From Vezdaea acicularis (lineage: Eukaryota), in assembly GCA_026025075.1 (NCBI GenBank), contig JAPEUI010000021.1, positions 124,001 to 188,000 on the forward strand: DNA of 64,000 nucleotides, read 5' to 3'. Made by a program: the position numbers and the translations under genes. This document shows positions 38,401 through 50,888 of this stretch, in pieces; position 1 is the first letter of the stretch, and each line of letters opens with the position of its first letter. The notes under the pieces were generated by a model. It saw only the letters and a list, made by a program, of their open reading frames with translations. It did not search any database and was not told where the DNA came from.

Positions 38401-39814
38401 AATCGAACAAGCCGGGGAGCACGTCTTAATGATAAGCCCTACTAAATCTCAGAAGCCAACGGCGGCGCCTGTGAGTACTGATAGTTTCCGAGAATCGAGT
38501 TTGGCGCCAGAAAGCATCACAATTCCAGAAGTCGCATGCGATGGTTGGTATGAAATGGGCAACAAGAACGACCCAGAAAATAGGGCCTTGAGGATGAGCA
38601 AGCACTCTCGAGAAGTGCATGAGGATTTTCATCATCGTTCGAATACGGGATCTACTTTACCGGAGTCTGCAACAACGGTCTCCTCACTAAACCCAAAAGC
38701 TGAAGTCTTTGCATATGACCCTTATCGAACCGTCGACCATCAAACAAAGAAAACATTTGGCACCGTAGAAGAGTTGAAGTCTATGGACGACCAACGTCTG
38801 ATCGCATACGGTCAGAGCATGTCGGAGCAAAAGCGAACCAGCTTAGTTATCCAGGAGCAGAGTTCCCAGGACCTTCGCCGATCAGCAAAGACCCCGCATG
38901 GAAGACAAGCTCTAGATGAGAGGTTCGCTATATCGCGGCTCGTGGCTGCCAATAGAGATCTATACTTCACTCCAGTAAGTGTTGCACCATCTGCCATGCG
39001 TGCTAGTAAGCCGGTCACACAAGAAGACCTAGCGTTTGACAGTCAATTCAATGATGTCGACAATCACCAACCACCTAACCCTCTACTGAAAATCACACTT
39101 CCTCGCCAGCCACGAATGGAGGTGAAGAGGGCAGTCAATTATGGACCTGTCCACGACGTCTTTGATTATGAGTTGCGACGCCGCCACGCTTTGAGTGACA
39201 CTATGAATATGACTAACTCACCGCTGATGCTCCGGACCTTCCAGCCAGGAGGCTTCCCTGCTCCAGGATGGGACAGATGGGCCAACGCAGAGACGACTAA
39301 CCCTTGGGTTGGAATGAAGTCCGATATACAGATGCCACAACGACCGAACTCTCCACTGATTATGGATGGAGCGCAACTCGATAATGCAATTGATCCTAGC
39401 AGATGCCCTCAGTGGCCAAGACGTCATTGGACGAAGAAAGAGAAAGCGTTGGATTTCCTGTTCGAGTATCCAGTCGACAAGTACAATAGTGAAACCGGCA
39501 TTTGGACTGTTGCGACATTTGGCGTCCCAGATCAGCCCTCTCACAAGTCTCGCGAGACTGAGAGTATGCGCCATGGCGGAGCGTATACGAAAAGTATCGT
39601 CAGCAAGGTAGCTTCAAAGCGTGCGAAGGTCATAACTTCAGAAGCGGCAAGCGTAGCGCATGGCACAAGAAAGACTTCAGACGTTGGTAATCCGTATCAC
39701 GTTGACGATCTCTACGAGATCTCAGGTCCCGAAACGGCCAAGATCTTAAGTGGGGCTGAGAACTCGCTCAACAGCTCCAAACTGCCTGGCATCCAATTTA
39801 GGGAGATCGCCTGA
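35431..39814 (+). CDS. Large (~1425 aa) low-complexity Ser/Thr/Pro-rich hypothetical protein with a PAM2-like motif
   Basis: Exons 35431-36502, 36561-36773 and 36822-39814 join the 379-aa and 948-aa ORFs in frame (introns GTGCGT..CAG and GTATGT..CAG). Start codon uncertain. Confidence 0.8.
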
Positions 39815-40611
39815 CTATCCTCGGTCGTTGTTCTGGTCTATTTGGCCGGAGCTGGGCTGATCAGGAAGCTGGTAGTATCGATCACTGGCCCTAATAGAGA
39901 AGAAGAGTTGTCGACGCTCTAAACTTCTTTGCATAGAAGTCTTCGGTTCTCCTTTGCTATTCTTTTCCCCGTCCGTCTTCTATGGACGCACCCGCACTAG
40001 CATTCGTCATTCGTACGAACAAGCATTACATTTCCTTCCAAGAAAGGTAAAGCGCCTTATCCGTTGCTGTTTCCCGTGGACCTCTGGAGCTATGGTACTT
40101 GGAACGTTGCTCAATGGCGAAAACGCGCGGGTCTTTACACCACGATGCCTTTTCCATTCTCGTTAGTCGAGCCGAGTCAGAGGAGTTACTCTAGGAAATA
40201 AGGTTCTGGAATAGTGGTGGCACTGACGGCGAATCCTGCATTTGCGGACAAGCCCTTTTTTCCTTTACTTCTCCTTGCGGTCAGTCGTTTACTGTATTAA
40301 TCCTCGAATAAGATTATTAGCTTTTAGTGTTTCGCATAGAATCAATAGACTTCAAATAGCCTGGTTCCAAGTAAGTGAATGGTCAGTTCAGGTTATAAGC
40401 TTCACCAGTTTCCAGCAATTACGCCTCGATGAATGAAGACCCCATATTCACCTCTATGCAGCGGAATGGACTTATCAAACCGCCCAGAACTTGCTTCCTT
40501 TCTCATCTTTCTCTATCCCTATCCACAACACCCACCTACTCAGCCGTCATCACTCGAGCATATCCACAACCCTCGACCCAAGACTTTCCCTTCGCGAAAA
40601 CAGTAACTAAA

Positions 40612-40872
40612 ATGTCCATCACCAACCCCGAACACGCCGACTGGGACGAGCAGGACCTCAACCTCCTCCTCTCCATGCTACGCTCCGACACCCTCGCCGA
40701 CGTCGCCCACCCAAGCTTCGCCGACATGGCCGAGGGCTTCACGGGAACCCGCCTCACGCCGCCCATCGATGCTGCGAGCCTAGAAAGACTTGTTGCACGT
40801 CTCCGAGATGGGACCTACCCGCTCCCGGCTAGGTGGCAGGTCGGGCCTAATGGGAGCTTTGAGCGGGTTTAG
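40612..40872 (+). CDS. Small orphan protein, 86 aa, possibly a Myb/SANT-like helical fold
   Basis: aaaATG context and strong C-ending codon bias in the first two thirds. Sequence MSITNPEHADWDEQDLNLLLSMLRSDTLADVAHPSFADMAEGF...SLERLVARLRDG. Confidence 0.65.
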   Translation: MSITNPEHADWDEQDLNLLLSMLRSDTLADVAHPSFADMAEGFTGTRLTPPIDAASLERLVARLRDGTYPLPARWQVGPNGSFERV

Positions 40873-42153
40873 GCTTTGAGAGAGGATGATGGGTGGAGGG
40901 GGTTGGTGGGAGATTGTTCTGGCTTCTTTCCGTCCCCCTTCTCTACTCGAAGCCTGCTCGTTTAGTCTGTGAAGCTATCTTAGGCAGTCGGGGATGATGG
41001 CGGGTCTTGCATTGGTGGACGAAGCTCTCCTCTCCTGCACCTTGCTTTGTGGTCGGTAGTTTATCAGACCATTCTAGAGACGATGCTAGTAGGTGATAGT
41101 ACTTCACACTAAATCAACCGGCTTCATCAAAGCTACGTCCTCATGCACCAACCGAGTGATTCTAGAGGAAGATCTCAAGGTCTAGTATTTGTTCCGTGAC
41201 AAAATGCTAAATTTCACTTCTATCGTATGACTAGTTGTTTGGACAGCACCTGACTCGCTCCTTATGATTTGCCTTTCCCTTTCCTTACTACAGCAGTCCT
41301 CATCTCACTAAGGTCTCTTCAGATCCCCGCGCTCGCGAGCTAGGATCCAGTACCTCCGCTTCACGTGGAACCGTACGACCCATCTCCCAACCGGCCATCT
41401 ATCCAACAAGCAGCATCTTACGCACCTACCTCTGCAGCGTTCGCAACAACGACAACCCAAAGGCTTAGCACGCTTGTTATCGCTGTAGTTGTTAATAGTC
41501 CTCTTCACCGACATCCAGGCGAAGCTCTCCGTTAGAGCCTATGCCAGGGGGAGGAAGGGGCAGGCAGGCCCCCCTCTCAATATATCCTCCTCCACCGCGT
41601 CTCCGCAGGCCTGAAACGGCCTCAGCCCCACCACTAAGCCAGCGGCGCGCCCCACGTGCCTCCCGCGCGTGCCACGCGACACTGCCCGATACCCGCGTCT
41701 CCGTACATCGATAGCGACAAAGCAGCGTGGTGGCGTGCTACACTCACACGCGAGCGAGTCGAATGAACGGTGAAGGCGAGCTGCACACCTATTTTCTGCC
41801 GTTGCGACGAACGCCTCCCCCACCCCGGGGGTCCCAAGATACCCGAACACCCCCCCCTTCCCTCGAATTGGTGAAACAAGCGCCGCCCGTTTCACAGGCA
41901 GGGAGGGGTGCGGAGAAGCGGAGGAGAAGCTACCCTTACCTCCCCCCCGGCCGTAGTCCGCAATTGGGCACCTTCAACGACATCGGTTTCAGGATGAAGC
42001 GAAGCGGGAGAGCACCCGCGTGTGCATGATGCAGAAGAAAACAGAGAATCTATGAATGTACGTACGTGAGTGAGTGAGTAAATCCGGAAACGCGTCTGCG
42101 GGTTGCGGTAAGCAATCTTAGTGAGCAAATCGCGTGGAGAAGAAGGGGGGGCC

Positions 42154-42167
42154 AAAAAAAAAAAAAA
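42154..42167 (+). repeat. Poly(dA:dT) tract, 14 bp, in a promoter-like GC-rich region
   Basis: gcc-A14-ggc, with CCAAT-like elements nearby (aaccaatc near 42205). Confidence 0.6.
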
Positions 42168-43374
42168 GGCGCCCCCTCCCCAAGGGGAAAACGTGACGAG
42201 CGAACCAATCACAACCTCCATCGCGGCAACAGCACACGAATAGAAAATTGGCTCGCTTATCCCATTCTCGGAGTGCGTGGTGGATGGACTCGCTTACCTC
42301 GGCCTTCCCTCCCTCCCTCCCGCACGGCGGCTCGCGAACAACGCCTCCATTTTTGGCTCACCACCTACGCGCCAACCTGCGCTCTGTGATTCGTGCGCAG
42401 AGGGCGAAGCGAAGGGAATGGTGAGCTAAATTAAAGTTTTACCGAGAGCCGAGAAGAAGGAACGACAACACACATAAAAATAGATGCGGCTAAAGCTAGC
42501 AAGAGAGATCGGATGCGCTAGAAGTCGCCGCTAAAGTGGGAACCATCCCCGGATCGCGTGAGCGGAAGGTGATTCGCGAGATACGCGGTCGCGCTTTTGG
42601 TGGTTCGATGGGCTGGATTTTTTTTTGGTAGGAGAGGGCCGGGGAAACGCTTGGGGGTTGACGGATCTTTCATTTCCTCTTCTTTCGCGCGGTTTGATGG
42701 GGGAGGGGGTTCGTCCCGTTCGTGATGTGGAGTAGGCCAAAAGGGTATCTCTCTCTTTGGGGAGTTCATGACAACGCGCTCGAGCGCGAAAAAGTCGCGC
42801 GGGGGGACGAGCGAGCCGCATAGCCCTCAGGAACGAGATGGGTGATCGGGGGAGGGGGTAAGACATGACTAAGGATCCCGAAGGCTTGATCTCCCGCGCG
42901 TGATGCGGGGGGGGTGGGAAGAGGACCCACGCCAGATCTATGCACGGCTATCTCCGGAGATAAGTGCCAGGATAGGGGATGTGCGACTGGAGGTCTCGAA
43001 TATACCGTTATTTACAGAATACATTGGGAAGAAGGCGGATCAGAAAAATACATTTACTATGGAGTCCCTATGAATGATGAAGAGCGGAAGCAGAGCTAAT
43101 CGGTGCTGTGCGTGCTACGGCTATGGCTCGTCCTAAGTTCCGAATTGATTGATCGAGGACCCCCGTTTCCCAAAAACGCCAGCCCAGCGCACGGAAAAAA
43201 GTTCGCCAAGCGAGTGTGAGTAATCTTGTAAAAGTACACGTTCGAAGACAAGAAAAACAAAAAGCCGTGACGCCCTCATAAGTCTGTATGCGCAGAAAGA
43301 ATAGTTGTAGAAAAGAAAAGAAAAAAACACAAAAGCAGAATCTATGCCATTGTAGAAGAAGTGAAGTCGTTTTG

Positions 43375-44501
43375 TCAAGAATGCAGGGGCGCCATGGCGG
43401 GCGTCGATCCGGGGTCTGGCGAACCACGGTCCGAGTAGCTGAAGCCAAGCACGGATTCCTTGCGCTCGCGCGGCGGGTCGAACTCGGGGTTGAGTTCGTC
43501 CCATTTGCGGGCGCAGAGGCGGCTGGGCCAGCGCTCGTCGCTGCCGAATTCGATCATCTTGGTCGAGATGATCTCCCATTTGTTCTTCTCCCAGTACTCG
43601 TGGGCTTGCACGAGCGCCTGGATGTCCGTCGGCGTCCACGCCCGTAGTTTCTCCCGTAGCCGCTTGTAGCGCATCTGTAGTGCGGGGACTTGGGTCGGCT
43701 TGCCCAGCTCAGCGTGGAACTTGGCGGCGATGTCCTTCCAAGCTAGGTTTTCCTGGTCTTTGAGCCGTAGGAGCAGCCGCTCCTCCTCGCTGAGCTCGAT
43801 CGCTGCAACGTGGGGTGTGCCCGATGTCCGCCTTCGTTTCGTGGTTTGGTCGGCGGGGCTATCTTCCTCTCGTTGTCGCTTCTGCGCCTTCAGCCTCTGT
43901 AGCCCGACTGGATGAGGCGCGATCGGCACCGGTCCCTTCTTCGACCCACCAGACACCTGCTGTGGCGAGACCACCTGGGGGGAGACACCGAAGGTCGTGC
44001 TGTAGGCGGATGGAGTTGGAGATTGTGTAGAGTGGTATGGTGACGGCGCGATTGACCGCGTTGGGGCAAACGGGGACATGGGGAAGGACACGGCATCGAG
44101 AACGTCGCGGTCGCCCCGGATGCGCAGAGGGTTGTTTTGGAAGAGGTATTCGTCGGCTTGATGGCCGAGTATGCCGGGACTGCTCTTTGGTCGCGAGAAG
44201 TCGGGTGTTATTGCCAGGTTCGCCGCATCCGTCACGAAGGGCATCGGCGGGGTGAGGTAGGTGCCCTCATAACAGTAGCTGTTGATCTGATTCAATGCAG
44301 CCTAAAGAAGGGTCAAACATTAGTAAGGAACTCAAAGCGACGATGCCTCGTGGGTGCCAAGCACTCTCCCCCCCCCCGAAAGAAGCGTACCGTTGTTTGA
44401 GGGATCCAGTCGGAGTCGGTGAACTGGCTCATCTTGTGGACTTCGCTTGGGTAGGCGGTCTCGAGCATGAAGTCGGCGAATGGCCTAGCAGTCGAACACA
44501 T
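43375..44501 (-). CDS. Myb/SANT-like domain protein (putative transcription factor)
   Basis: Exons 44501-44391 and 44301-43375; intron GTACGC...CTAAT...TAG. Two Trp-spaced repeats: LSEEERLLLRLKDQENLAWKDIAAKF...VPALQMRYKRLR and WTPTDIQALVQAHEYWEKNKWEIISTKM...CARKWDEL. Upstream KRRR NLS-like motif. Confidence 0.9.
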
Positions 44502-47500
44502 GGACACAGGCGGGGCGGATCATACAGCGGCGTAGCGGACCGCAATTGATATAAGGTGTCGAGCGTGGCATATATGCGGGGCAATAAGCAGGCGTGGGAT
44601 GAGTATGGCCGCCGATCGTTCAGGGACGAGGGCGAAGCAGGTCCAGGCTTCTACGCACGAGAGGGATGATGACTGAGGGGTGTAGGTGGCGATGATATAT
44701 ATTCAACCTTGTGTCCGAAGGCCTGACCTTGCTCGAGCTCCATTGTGCCATGATGCGCGCGGGCTGATAGTTATAACACGCTCGACGTCAACGGTGCTAT
44801 ATCCCAAAGCGGCATAAGGCGTGGATGCTCGAAACTTAGACCGCCCGCGACGGAAATGCTCTGGCGCGTTTCAGAGCAGACGGCAGGGGTGGGCCGGTCG
44901 AGGGGTGCAGCGATGGGGTGCGAATGGGGGAGAGCGTCTGTCGGGGTGGTTTGCTGGTTGCGGAGGATAAAGTTAGGGGGGTGATGCTGGGGGTGCTGCA
45001 AGTTAAGCGCCAGGGCCCGTCTCGCGTGAACGGTATTTTTGCACACACCACCAGCACCCACAAGGCTCTCACGGCGCTCACGGCTCCGTCGCTCGCCCGC
45101 CAAGCCTCCGTCGCTCCGACGCTCCGTCGCGCGCTCGGCCCCGCTTGCCCTTGCCCTTGCCGCTTCCCGCACCCTCCGGCCGCTCTCTCCGCGCTCCGGT
45201 CTAAATTTGAACTCTGGCGTGACCGGCCCGTTCTCGCGACCGTCTCGCGCGACCCTACGGCGGCTCGTCTCCTGCTACACTGCTCACCTCGCGCATCACC
45301 ATGCCTCCTCCTCCGTGTCGACGTATCGGGTCCAGCTCGCTGACGGAAGGCCTCAACAGCTGCTGGATGAGCGACCGATTGTTGGACCTCATCAGCCCCC
45401 CACTGGATTCTGATCCGCAGCCTTAGTGAGCAGTGCAGGCGGAGCCCTTGAAACAGGCCTCGAGCGGAAGCAATGGTCTCCGTAGAGACCCTGCGCGGCC
45501 CCATTATGACCTCAGTGCACGGTGGTCCCAGTCAGACTCAGATCGCGGGGGGGCGCCTTGCCTGAAAGGCCATCGCAAATGGTAGATTAGGTTATCCCAG
45601 TTTAGAATCCAATGTCACCAGCACCGATGCAGTGGTCCCTTCTTCCCCGGAGCGTCAATTGTTCACGCGGAGAGGATCGCGATGATTGCCAGCCCGTTGA
45701 ATTCGCTCATACGTCGGATCTTTGTTGTCACTGGTCCTCACGAGCTTATCGACGATGCACACTGGGCGCAGCACCGCGGCAAAATCTCTCGTCGTCGCCT
45801 TTCGCACCATCTTCTCGACGTCGATGCTCATGCAAGGCGGAGACTGGTCGCGGCAAGTGGTGCGCGGCACGGCTTCTAATTGGAGACACGCGATTTCACG
45901 TCATGCCTGATTAGGCTAGGTCGTCCGCCGGAGGCCCCGACTCCGGCGTGTCGTGGCTTGGCATGGCCGCCAACACCCAGGGCGAGCCGTCGCTTCCAGA
46001 AAATTTCCGTCCAGATGCCGGCCGACGGCCTCGAGCAATCCGACCCAAGGTTGATTTTTACACGCCGTGAGATGCGAATAATGCGGACTTTGCCCCTGAC
46101 TGGCTCTCCACGTCCTCTGATTAGCTCTCTTCACCCCCTCTTCATCCCCTCTTCAGCTGCATGTGTCTGCTACGGCGGCTACATCTTGACGCCGATGCCT
46201 CCTCTCAATTTCTTCCCCACTATCCCCACTATCCTTACAATCTCTTATGCCGCGACCCCCTTTCGCACCCTCTGCGGCCTCTTCTTGCACCTTTGCCGCC
46301 CTTCTTTTTTCACGTCACTGGCGTCTATCAAGCGCTCTGACTGTTTCACCCTCAGCCTTCTCGTTCGGTCTCGCGCCCGGCCGTCCTGCGAATAGAATTA
46401 TAATCCTTCTTTGGACATGCTGGGTACTTGACGACCTATGAAGTCAAGAGTAGAAGACAGAAAGCCCAAGACCCTTAGGGATGTCATCATTCAGCCTTTC
46501 TGGAACCCCTTTCCAGGTTTACCGCATCTCATACAGGGGTCCTAACTATTTTGTCCTTTTCAGCTTGTCAAAAGACCGCCTGATGGAGTCGATATCGGCA
46601 TGAAAATCTGGATCCAGATCCACTATCGAAGACTAGGCCATCAATTGGCCTTGACAGACTCCACAAATTCAGACGCACTATGCATCACTTGGCGCTCATG
46701 CAAATTATGCACAGAGCTCGCCCAGAATCAATATTGCAGCGTACGGCGGCTCGCTGGGAGATCCGACCGGATTACTCCGCCACGGCGCTTTGACCGATGC
46801 ACCGGACCCGGCAGCATTGCGCGATGGGCGGATCACCAAGCGCCCAAGCCGAAAGGCTAATTCAGCGAGCAGGAGAAAAAGAATTCATATCCGCCAATCA
46901 GCAAAATTCGCGCCCACCCCTCCTCCGGGAGTCGAGTAGGTCGAATGGGTGTGCGGAGCATGCACGCTCGCGTTTCAGATAGGCGGGCACTCGCCACAAG
47001 GCATACCGAGCGTGAACCAAAGCCCCATTCCCGCGGCGGACGCTGAACGGCAAAACACCATCCGCGTCGGAAAATCTGGGGGCCGAAAAAGACCGCAGCG
47101 GAGGCATTGCGCCACTCGGCACGGCCAGCATCGCGGCCATGTGGTCCCTGCGCTGACTGTTGAGCACCCTTCGTGCACTGACTCTATCCCCCCCCCCCCT
47201 CAACTTCCTTCAAGCGATCGGGCCAATGTCCAGGAACCAACCCATGGGAGAGAGAGCCACGGAAGAGGCTGTCACCGGTCAAGCGAGGGACATTTCATGA
47301 CTTCGCCGTGGCGCAGCCTCCGACCTTACTCATCCTTCCATGGATTGTCTAGGCCAGCGCGCTGCTCCGCCTTAAGGCATCGCCCGTGACCTACGATCGG
47401 ACCTCGGTCCGGCTAGGTCTCTTTCCTTGAACTATTCCAAATCACTCGATTTGATCCATTTCCTTCAATTCTGCCTTTTTCGCTAAGGTGTTCTTCGGTT

Positions 47501-49597
47501 TCGGAGGCATCGTCGTGTTTCTATTCATACAGACGAGTTCTAACACGCCAACCTTACGAGTCGCTAAGGTTCGTGCCGCAAAGGCCCCTCCCTCCCCCCA
47601 ACTTCCATCTCGAGAATGAGAAATGGAGAAGGTGAAGGAGCAGTTGACTCGACAGCCTCCCAACTGCGCTGATTCATCGGCGCACCTGTCGGGACCAAGA
47701 CTTGAAAGCTGAACGCGCTCTTGATTATACTCTCCCGGAGCTGATTTGCTGACAAGGGGTGTTTCGGGTTCGCCATTTTGCCCGACCACGCCACGGCCGG
47801 GCATGAGTGATCTCAGATTTAATGTTCCAGCTCCTGGCACAGCTGAAGGCCACGATATAGACAGACTATACCCTATTCATGGTCCTGAAGTCTCGAGATT
47901 TCCCGGGTTACCCACTGTAACTTAAAGTTTATTTTTGAACAGGCTTACTTTTGCGAATCTCTTGGGGAGGCTAACGCTGAATAAGATGGGCAAGCCATGT
48001 TATGACCTTGATCCTGACGAGAATGGTTCAACGAAGAAGAAAAGACGTACGAGAGCGTTTGCTACTGTAAAGATACCAACGGAAAAACGTACATACTAGT
48101 GGCCAGACGCTTTATGATCTGGACACTGATCGATCGTGATTTCTTACGAGCAGTCGTAACCCCTTCCTTTCTCTAACTACAGCTATGGACTTCCTAAAGG
48201 CACTGAGCTTCTTCGCTATGGCCGCCCCTTTATCTCACCCTGAGCTTCTCCTCTTCTAGCGATCAATTCTCGCCGTTCATTCAGAGTTTGGCCAGAGTCG
48301 AATAGGTTGTGAAAACTTCAGTAATGACGATGGCTCCCTCCAATCCTCGAACTGAGTAGTCGCCTTCCTACCAAGGGCACTCTCAACCTACAGACTCTCC
48401 CTACCTCCTCAAACTAAAAGCTTCAAGCTTCCGCCCTTGTAGCTATACCTTCCCTCCTTTATGGGTTGTACACTTGAGTCCACCCTCCAAGTCAACTAGC
48501 CACGCTAGACAGTGCTAATGTATGCAAAGCTGCCGATAAGTTCAAGGGCTACAAAGTGATCGCGACGGCTACTCATCCGATGCCACTGCACCCGCCGGAC
48601 CGTTTCGCACTTCTTACAACAGTCTTATCTTTTGTCTGTTGGAACGCTTTCCACTGGGCTATTAATCAATGAGAACTATACGCACTAAGCCTGTCTTTGG
48701 CAGTAGGTTTGTTGACACTGGGGTTGGCAAGGCCGTTCGCGAGGATTTCCTCCCAGAGGCCCGAACAAAGGGGCGTATTCATTGCTGAGCCATATACGCA
48801 TGGTGCTTGGGAGGGGGCTAGAGAGCAGTCAACCCGCTTTGGAGTTCCAGAAGAAGGGTGTATCCGCCAAAAGGGTGGCTGCATCTTTTTGAGAGTAGAG
48901 AATAGGCTAAGTGTGTGAAGACCGCATGGAGATCTATTCTACTAGAAATTTATATGATAGGATTACTATGCTATACGTATTCAGCTGATATCTTGACCTC
49001 TTTTCAAGTGCCGAGTAATATACCATAATACCCCTACATAATGGGTTTGAGGATGGGAGTCGATAAGTGGACATAAGGTGGATTAAACGGACCGTAGTTG
49101 TACACGGTACTTGTGATTAAGTATCTTGGCGTGCTATTTGTGCGTATGAGTACTTCGCCTACGGTATACGACTCGGCTAACCATGGCTCTACCGAACCCG
49201 CCTCGATTCATTTGCCAGGGCCAACTGGCATCGTGAAATGCATCTGGTCAAACCGGAGGTAGCTATTGAGTATCGACCGCTTCAAGAAAATGCCATGCTT
49301 GGGAACAGACATTTCCCACGGAAGCTTTGGCTTTTGATCAGCAAAGACCTGCACGTGACAATCCTGCAACGTCGCGGACTAAGCTCCGACAACCCCCGCC
49401 ACGGGGTGCGTCCCTCTTCTGGCCTTACAGTACAGAAAAAAAAGTAAGTCCAGGCCTGCCTTACCTACCTCCTCAGCTAACAATGCCATTGAAAGTCCTA
49501 TCCTATCCCATCCTGAAGCAGGATACACACCCCACGACCGCAGCACGTAGCATATCCGCCGGGAGCTAGGGGTATCCCCCGCCCTAAACCCCTTTCC

Positions 49598-50593
49598 ATG
49601 TCCGCCCAACCTCCCAGCTCGGACGCCATAAAAGCCGCGCCCGCGCCATGGACCTGCAAATGCGACTCCTACTGGCTAATGTTCATCCTCAAAGGTCCGC
49701 TGCCCGACCACGCCTATTCCCCGCTCGAAGCCAGCTCCGCCGCCTTCTCCGACCCTAAAGAAGCGGGGGCCTTCAAGGGAAGTCTGGGAAGCGTCCAGAT
49801 CGTGCGATACGCCGATACGCCAGCCGGTAAGCACTCCTTACGCAACATGTGGAAGTTCAGGATAGCTGATACGGACGGGCTTTTCGCCTGGGTTTTGTGG
49901 TAGGCAGTTACGACGAAATGGTGCTCGTGCCCGGCTACTTCGCCGCGCCGGGCCAGCGCAAGAGTCATTTGCGCGTAACGCGGATCTACGTCAGTCAGAA
50001 AGAGACTTGCTACAACGGTACCGCCTATCCCCTTCCCCAAGCAACCCCCCGCCGTGTCTGTATATCATCTAACACCCCAACCACACACCCCAGGCCGCAA
50101 AAACTGGGGGATCCCGAAACACCTCGCGCGCTTCCAATTCACACGGTCTCCCTCCGGCTCATTGACCGTCGAAGTCTACCCACCCGACACCGACACCACG
50201 GCCACCCACCCCTTCTTCACCGCCCACCTCCAGCCCTTCAGCTACCTCCCCGCCCTCCCCTTCTCCACCAGCATATTACCCTACCTAGGTCTCGACACGC
50301 ATCTGATCCAACCGCCGCTTCTCGCGAGCGAGGAGCCAGGCGAGGAGGAGCTAGCGGGAACGAACCAGTGGCTCAAGACGTTGCCCCTGCTCCATACGAA
50401 ATCGGCGAGGGGCATGTGGGTGCAGCTTAAGCGGGAGCAGGCGCGTAAAGGCGAGCAGAGTAGTGAGGCGGACCCCCTGCTGCGCGGGGATGCGGAGTTG
50501 CAGCGGTGGTGGCCGCAGCTTGAGCCGTGGAAGATTGGTATGTGGTTGGAGGATGCGACGTTGGTGTTTAAGGAGCCGGAGGTTTTGGGATGA
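49598..50593 (+). CDS. Acetoacetate-decarboxylase-like superfamily protein
   Basis: Exons 49598-49826, 49904-50017 and 50094-50593. Motifs APAPW, IVRYADTPAG|SYDEM, TRIYVS and NG|RKNWGIPK (position of the ADC-fold Schiff-base lysine). Confidence 0.85.
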
Positions 50594-50888
50594 TGGGTGT
50601 GGTCGCATTTAGATCTTACTGTACTTCCTTGGGCGCGAAAGTCATGAATCGTTAATGAAGCAGAGATGGTGGTATGAATGATTCTTTGGAAAGGAGTGGT
50701 GTGCAATTATGCGATATGGCTTGGGAGCTTTGCGAAGCTTTCTTATGACTCCTTTGAAAAGAGCCCGGCTAAGTGGCATCCAACATTCCCCATATATATG
50801 ATGATCCAGTCCCCGCCATAACCTCCATTACATTCAATTCACATTGGTATCGTATGAACTAGTCAAATGGGAAAAGAAACCCAGGGCC

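Noticed and set aside
41483..41983. Group I intron, H/ACA snoRNA or hammerhead ribozyme interpretation
   Set aside because: An AATTGCGG P-like element is present, but Q/R/S elements are not in order; no properly placed H and ACA boxes or CUGANGA/GAAA core.
44771..45914. Overlapping 100-220 aa ORFs on both strands
   Set aside because: GC-rich low-complexity promoter region of the Myb-like gene; no domain signal.
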